The position numbers and the translations under genes are program-made. DNA of 11,676 bases from Candidatus Methylomirabilia bacterium. Its GTDB lineage: Bacteria; Methylomirabilota; Methylomirabilia; Rokubacteriales; CSP1-6. Location: assembly GCA_046758965.1 (NCBI GenBank), contig JBHIBG010000087.1, positions 1 through 11,676 on the forward strand, written 5' to 3'. Shown here piece by piece: positions 7,205-11,676 of this stretch. The notes beneath the pieces were generated by a model. The model did not search any database and was not told the origin of the DNA. It saw nothing but the letters and a program-made list of their open reading frames with translations. Numbering within the stretch: position 1 is the stretch's first letter; each line of letters begins with the position of its first letter.

Positions 7205-9001
7205 ATGGCTCAAGCAGAAGAAGATCGTCATCTGAACTTCGTCGGCGAGTTCGACTGCGCCCCGGAGCCGCTCCCTACCCTTCGCCATTCCTCGGCCCAC
7301 GTGATGGCCCAGGCGGTCAAGCAGCTCTTCCCGGACGTCAAGCTGGCGATCGGGCCTGCCATCGAGGATGGCTTCTACTATGATTTCGCCAAGCCTGAGC
7401 CGTTTTCCGCGGAGGATCTCGAGCGGATCGAGGCCCGGATGAGAGAGATTATCCGGGCGGACCTGCCCTTTACGCGCGAGGAGCTGCCCCGCGAGCGGGC
7501 CATCCGCTTCTTCGAGGAGCGCGGCGAGCCGTTCAAAGTCGAGATCCTGCGCCAGATCGAGGGCTCAACGGTCTCCCTCTACCGGCAGGGCGACTTCGTG
7601 GACCTCTGCCGGGGTCCGCACGTCGCGTCCACCGGGCAGATCAAGACGGTGAAGCTCCTCTCCTGCTCAGGCGCCTACTGGCGCGGCGATGAGCGCAACC
7701 CGATGCTCCAGCGGATCTACGGCACCGCCTGGCAGACGCAGGAGGAGCTGGACCACTATCTCTGGCGGCTGGCGGAGGCCAAGAGGCGCGATCACCGGAA
7801 GCTCGGGCGGGAGCTTGATCTCTTCACCTTCCACGATGTCGCTCCGGGGGCGGCGTTCTGGCTCCCGAAGGGGATGGTGATCTTTCGAGAGCTCGAGCGG
7901 TTCGTTCGGGAGGTGCTTGACGCCCGGGGCTACTTGGAGATCTCCACGCCCATCCTGGTGAACAAGCGCCTGTGGGAAGAGTCGGGGCACTGGGACCACT
8001 ATCGGGAGAACATGTTCCTGGTGGAGGCGGAGGATCAGGTCTTCGGCCTCAAGCCGATGAACTGCCCCCCGTCCACCTACGTCTATCGTCATCACCTGCG
8101 TTCGTACAGAGACCTGCCGCTGCGCTTCTCCGAGCTGGGGCGGCTGCATCGCTTTGAGCGATCCGGCACGCTCGCGGGCCTGTTCCGGGTCCGGCAGTTC
8201 ACCCAGGATGATGCCCACGTCTACTGCCGCCCTGATCAGCTCCAGGCAGAGATCATCGGCATCATCGAGATTGTTCAACTCCTCTACGGCACATTTGGCT
8301 TCGAGCCTCGCTTCTATCTTTCCACCAAGCCGGAGAAGGCCATGGGTGACCCTGCCCTGTGGGAGCAGGCGGAGATCGCCCTTGCGGAGGCGCTCAAGAA
8401 ACGCGACCTGGCCTACGAGGTCCGGGCGGGGGAGGGCGCCTTCTATGGCCCGAAGATCGATCTGGTCATCTCGGATGCCCTGGGGCGCGACTGGCAGCTG
8501 GCCACGATCCAGGTGGACTTCGTGATGCTCCCCGAGCGCTTCCGGCTTGAGTACATTGACTCCGACGGCCAAGCCAAGCGGCCCGTGGCCATCCACCGCG
8601 CGATCTATGGCTCCTTCGAGCGCTTCGTTGGGGTCCTGACCGAGCATTTTGCCGGGGCGTTCCCTACGTGGCTCAGCCCCGTGCAGGCTCGGGTCCTTCC
8701 GGTCAGCGAGAAGACCGCGGCGTATGCGGGCTCGGTCTTCGAGCGGCTCAAGGAGGCGGGCCTCCGCGTGGAGCTTGACGACCGGAATGAGAAGCTGGGC
8801 TACCGGATCCGGGAGGCGCAACTCCAGAAGGTGCCCTACATGCTGGTGGTCGGCGAGCGTGAGAGCCGAGAGGGCACGGTGAGCCTTCGCCGACGAACCG
8901 GGGAGGATCTGGGCCAAATCCCTCTGCCCCGGGTTCTCACCGGCCTCGTGGATGAGGTCGGCAGCCGGTCCCTGACCTTGACGGTGGGGTCCAACCGGTG
9001 A
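7205..9001 (+). CDS. thrS: Threonine--tRNA ligase (598 aa, no N-terminal TGS domain)
   Basis: LRHSSAHVMAQAV, DLCRGPHV, RDHRKLG, KPMNCP, RVRQFTQDDAH, AFYGPKID, IHRAIYGSFERF; C-terminal anticodon-binding domain. Confidence 0.97.
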   Translation: MAQAEEDRHLNFVGEFDCAPEPLPTLRHSSAHVMAQAVKQLFPDVKLAIGPAIEDGFYYDFAKPEPFSAEDLERIEARMREIIRADLPFTREELPRERAIRFFEERGEPFKVEILRQIEGSTVSLYRQGDFVDLCRGPHVASTGQIKTVKLLSCSGAYWRGDERNPMLQRIYGTAWQTQEELDHYLWRLAEAKRRDHRKLGRELDLFTFHDVAPGAAFWLPKGMVIFRELERFVREVLDARGYLEISTPILVNKRLWEESGHWDHYRENMFLVEAEDQVFGLKPMNCPPSTYVYRHHLRSYRDLPLRFSELGRLHRFERSGTLAGLFRVRQFTQDDAHVYCRPDQLQAEIIGIIEIVQLLYGTFGFEPRFYLSTKPEKAMGDPALWEQAEIALAEALKKRDLAYEVRAGEGAFYGPKIDLVISDALGRDWQLATIQVDFVMLPERFRLEYIDSDGQAKRPVAIHRAIYGSFERFVGVLTEHFAGAFPTWLSPVQARVLPVSEKTAAYAGSVFERLKEAGLRVELDDRNEKLGYRIREAQLQKVPYMLVVGERESREGTVSLRRRTGEDLGQIPLPRVLTGLVDEVGSRSLTLTVGSNR

Positions 9002-9546
9002 GCCAGGGCCGACCGGGGAGAGGCGTAGCGGTCCAGCCGAGGACAATCCGCGTCAACGAGGAGATTCGCGTCCGGGAGGTCCGGGTCGTGAGCCCGGAGG
9101 GGCAGCAGCTCGGGATCCTGCCCATTGCCCAGGCGCTGGAGGTCGCTGCCCAGCGCGGGTTGGACCTGGTGGAAGTGGCCCCCACCGCCATCCCGCCGGT
9201 CTGCCGCATCATGGACTTCGGGAAGTACAAGTACGAGGAGGCTCGGCGCAAGAAGGAGGCCAGGAAGAAGCAGACCATCATCCAGGTGAAGGAAGTCAAG
9301 ATGCGGCCCAAGACGGACGCGCACGACTTCAACTTCAAGGCCAAGCATGTCCTTCGCTTCCTCGAAGAGGGCAACAAGGCCAAGGTCACTGTGCGCTTCA
9401 GGGGGCGGGAGATGGCTCACACGCAGCTCGGCTTGAAGCTGCTCCAGAAGATGGCCGAGCTCGTGTCCGACCGTGCTGTCATCGAGCATCATCCCAGGCT
9501 CGAGGGGCGCCTGCTCACCATGATGCTCTCCCCCAAACACCACTGA
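8998..9546 (+). CDS. infC: Translation initiation factor IF-3 (start uncertain: GTG 8998, GTC 9031 or ATC 9046)
   Basis: RVNEEIRVREVRVV, LDLVEVAP..PPVCRIMDFGKYKYE, KEVKMRP, FRGREMAH; conserved position after thrS. Confidence 0.96.
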   Translation: MSQGRPGRGVAVQPRTIRVNEEIRVREVRVVSPEGQQLGILPIAQALEVAAQRGLDLVEVAPTAIPPVCRIMDFGKYKYEEARRKKEARKKQTIIQVKEVKMRPKTDAHDFNFKAKHVLRFLEEGNKAKVTVRFRGREMAHTQLGLKLLQKMAELVSDRAVIEHHPRLEGRLLTMMLSPKHH

Positions 9547-9558
9547 GGACGAACTGTC

Positions 9559-9756
9559 ATGCCCAAGATGAAGACCAAGCGGGGCGCGGCCAAGCGCTTC
9601 AGGGTCACCGCCACCGGCAAGCTCGTCCGCCGCAAGGGGTGGAAGAGTCACCTGCTGGAGTGGAAGCCTCAGAAGCGCAAACGCCGGCTTCGGCAGGAAG
9701 CTCCGGTGTCTCGAGCCGACCTCAAGCGGATTCAGCGGATTGTCCCCTACCTCTGA
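9559..9756 (+). CDS. rpmI: 50S ribosomal protein L35
   Basis: MPKMKTKRGAAKRFRVTATGK; SD GAGGA; synteny. Confidence 0.97.
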   Translation: MPKMKTKRGAAKRFRVTATGKLVRRKGWKSHLLEWKPQKRKRRLRQEAPVSRADLKRIQRIVPYL

Positions 9757-9768
9757 GGAGCGAGCCCA

Positions 9769-10128
9769 ATGCCACGGACAAAGGGCGGGGTCAAGACCCG
9801 CCGTCGTCACAAGAAAATCCTGAAGCAGGCCAAAGGATACGTGGGCGGGCGGCACCGGCTCTACCGCAGCGCCAGGGAGACGGTGCTCCGGGCGGGCGCC
9901 TTCGCCTACCGGGACCGGCGAGTCAAGAAGCGGCAGTTCCGCTCGCTGTGGATCATCCGGATCAACGCCGCGGCGCGGGCCCTGGGCCTTTCCTACTCGG
10001 CCTTCATGACCGGGCTCAAGCGGGCGGGAATCACCCTGGACCGGAAGATCCTGGCCGAGCTGGCCGTGAGGGATCCCGATGCCTTCGCCAAGCTGGCCGC
10101 CACTGCCCGGGCTCAGGGTGACCGGTAG
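9769..10128 (+). CDS. rplT: 50S ribosomal protein L20
   Basis: [57 protein letters not shown]. Confidence 0.97.
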   Translation: MPRTKGGVKTRRRHKKILKQAKGYVGGRHRLYRSARETVLRAGAFAYRDRRVKKRQFRSLWIIRINAAARALGLSYSAFMTGLKRAGITLDRKILAELAVRDPDAFAKLAATARAQGDR

Positions 10129-11143
10129 CCGCCCGAGCGACATCCTCGACGGGGCCCGCGCCGAACTGGCCGAGGCTGGCTCGCGTGCCGAGGTTGAGCG
10201 GGTCCGGGTGAAGTACCTGGGGCGGCAGGGGGTGCTCACCCGCCTCCTTCGCTCGATCCCCTCCCTCCCTCCCCGCAAGCGCCCCGAGGTCGGCCGGCAG
10301 GCGAACCGGGCCAAAGAAGAGCTCGAGGGACTCCTGGCCGAGCGCCTGACCGAGGTAAAGCGGGCGGAGCACCTGCGCGAACTGGCCAGCCAGCGCCCGG
10401 ACCTCACGCTGCCGGGGCGTCGCCCACCCCTCGGGAGCCTCCATCCGCTGACCCAGGTTCAGGATGAGATCATCGAGATCTTCCTGGGGCTCGGCTTTGC
10501 CGTGGCCGAAGGGCCGGAGGTGGAGTCGGACTTCCATAACTTCGAGGCCCTGAACATTCCCAAGGACCACCCGGCCCGGGATATGCAGGACACCTTCTAT
10601 CTCTCTGAGGAGGTTCTGCTGAGGACCCACACCTCGCCGGTGCAGATCCGGACGATGAAAGCGCAGCGGCCGCCGGTCAGGGTCATCTGCCCCGGGAAGG
10701 TCTACCGTCGCGACGCCGACATCACCCACTCTCCCATGTTCCACCAGGTTGAGGGGCTGGCCGTGGACCGGGGGATCTCCATGGGGGATCTCAAAGGGGT
10801 TCTGGAGCTGTTCGCCCGGGAGATGTTCGGCCCCCAGACCCGGATCCGCTTCCGCCCCAGCTTCTTTCCGTTCACGGAGCCGTCAGCGGAGGTGGATGTC
10901 CTCTGCTTCCTCTGCGCGGGGGTGGGGTGCCGGGTCTGCAAGCACTCCGGATGGCTTGAGATTCTCGGTTCCGGCATGGTCCATCCCGGGGTGCTTGAGA
11001 CCGTCGGCTACGATCCCGAGGAGGTGACGGGCTTCGCCTTCGGGATGGGGGTGGAGCGGATCGCCATGCTGAAGTACGGCATTGACGACATCCGCCTCTT
11101 TTTCGAGAACGACCTCCGGTTCCTGGCGCAGTTCCAGGCCTAG
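10118..11143 (+). CDS. pheS: Phenylalanine--tRNA ligase alpha subunit (341 aa)
   Basis: [52 protein letters not shown]...[21 protein letters not shown] at 10118, overlapping the rplT end, is preferred over the track's ATG at 10079. Confidence 0.96.
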   Translation: MTGSRPSDILDGARAELAEAGSRAEVERVRVKYLGRQGVLTRLLRSIPSLPPRKRPEVGRQANRAKEELEGLLAERLTEVKRAEHLRELASQRPDLTLPGRRPPLGSLHPLTQVQDEIIEIFLGLGFAVAEGPEVESDFHNFEALNIPKDHPARDMQDTFYLSEEVLLRTHTSPVQIRTMKAQRPPVRVICPGKVYRRDADITHSPMFHQVEGLAVDRGISMGDLKGVLELFAREMFGPQTRIRFRPSFFPFTEPSAEVDVLCFLCAGVGCRVCKHSGWLEILGSGMVHPGVLETVGYDPEEVTGFAFGMGVERIAMLKYGIDDIRLFFENDLRFLAQFQA

Positions 11144-11146
11144 CCT

Positions 11147-11324
11147 CATTGCCGCTAAGGTAACTTGCCGGTCAGCGGCAAGCCCTTGGGCTTTCTCCCT
11201 TGTAGAGCCACTACCGCGGGCCGTCTTCGTGGTCGGCATCGTGGGCTGGTGGCCTCGTATCCCGTAACCCATTGATTCTATTGGCGAGCCGGCTCGGGAC
11301 CTTCAAATTAACTGAGCGGCAATG
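11147..11324. mobile_element. MITE / non-autonomous IS4-family-like element (178 bp)
   Basis: TIRs CATTGCCGCTAAGGTAACTTG (11147-11167) and the reverse complement of 11304-11324, CATTGCCGCTCAGTTAATTTG, match at 18/21. Flanked by direct repeat AGCCT (11142-11146, 11325-11329). No transposase inside. Confidence 0.72.
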
Positions 11325-11634
11325 AGCCTCAAGGTCCGTCTTCGGGATGGCCTTTCCGTATTCGACGCCGCCCCGGGTGCGGCAGTGGTAGTAGGCGTAG
11401 CGCTGGGTTCGCCCGCCGGACCAGCTACCCGCGACGGGCTGGTCGCACGCGACACAGCGGGCGAAGCACCTCAGGGGAAACTCGAGGTTCAACTCGCGCC
11501 GGACCCGTGTCGGATTGGCGTTGCCCTGGCGCACGAGCTCGTTGCGGGCGTACTCCTCCAGCGTGATCATCAGCTCGTGCTTGCCCTCGTTCTCCTCGCA
11601 CGGACCATGGATCAAGGGCGTAGGGAGCGTAGCC
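11325..11634 (-). pseudogene. Remnant of a large serine recombinase (end of recombinase domain + Zn-beta-ribbon)
   Basis: GKHELMITLEEY...FPLRCFARCVACDQPVAGSWSGGRTQRYAYYHC...LE pattern. Apparent frameshift at 11584-11586 joining GY...PWSVRGER to GKHE. Last Zn-ribbon Cys appears replaced by Gly; similarity stops at the MITE. Confidence 0.72.
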
Positions 11635-11676
11635 ATCATTAACGGGGTATCCGGGGGCGGTCCCGTCGGGGTTAAC

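Noticed and set aside
10118..10128. pheM-type attenuator before pheS
   Set aside because: rplT and pheS overlap or abut, leaving no leader space.
11264..11303. GTAACCCATTGATTCTATTGGCG resembling a tRNA-adjacent att end
   Set aside because: No TTCGAA T-loop complement follows, and it lies inside the MITE.
11322..11642. 106-aa plus-strand ORF as possible pheT start
   Set aside because: No PheT N-terminal motif; it is the antisense of the recombinase remnant.

Overview
GC-rich bacterial chromosomal window. The lineage is possibly Rokubacteria/Methylomirabilota-like, which is inference only. Left end: the 3' part of a periplasmic NXR-type (Nitrospira/anammox clade) nitrite oxidoreductase/nitrate reductase operon, comprising nxrB (5'-truncated), a TorD/DmsD chaperone and a translationally coupled, uncharacterised HExxH + CxxC..CxxC protein. 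Middle: a small 4-Cys membrane protein, a PaaI thioesterase, a CopD/DUF4149-like membrane protein, a type I-beta DAHP synthase and an orphan TonB. Right: tRNA-Val(GAC)-thrS-infC-rpmI-rplT-pheS. pheT does not follow pheS; instead there is a 178-bp IS4-like MITE with a 5-bp target duplication and a decayed large serine recombinase. The best find is an unannotated ribosome-mediated attenuator upstream of the DAHP synthase. It consists of a promoter, a strong SD, a 29-aa leader peptide with W-R-F-Y-F-F-Y-F, and five alternating complementary segments ending in an intrinsic terminator. Its predicted logic differs from the four-segment E. coli trp attenuator.
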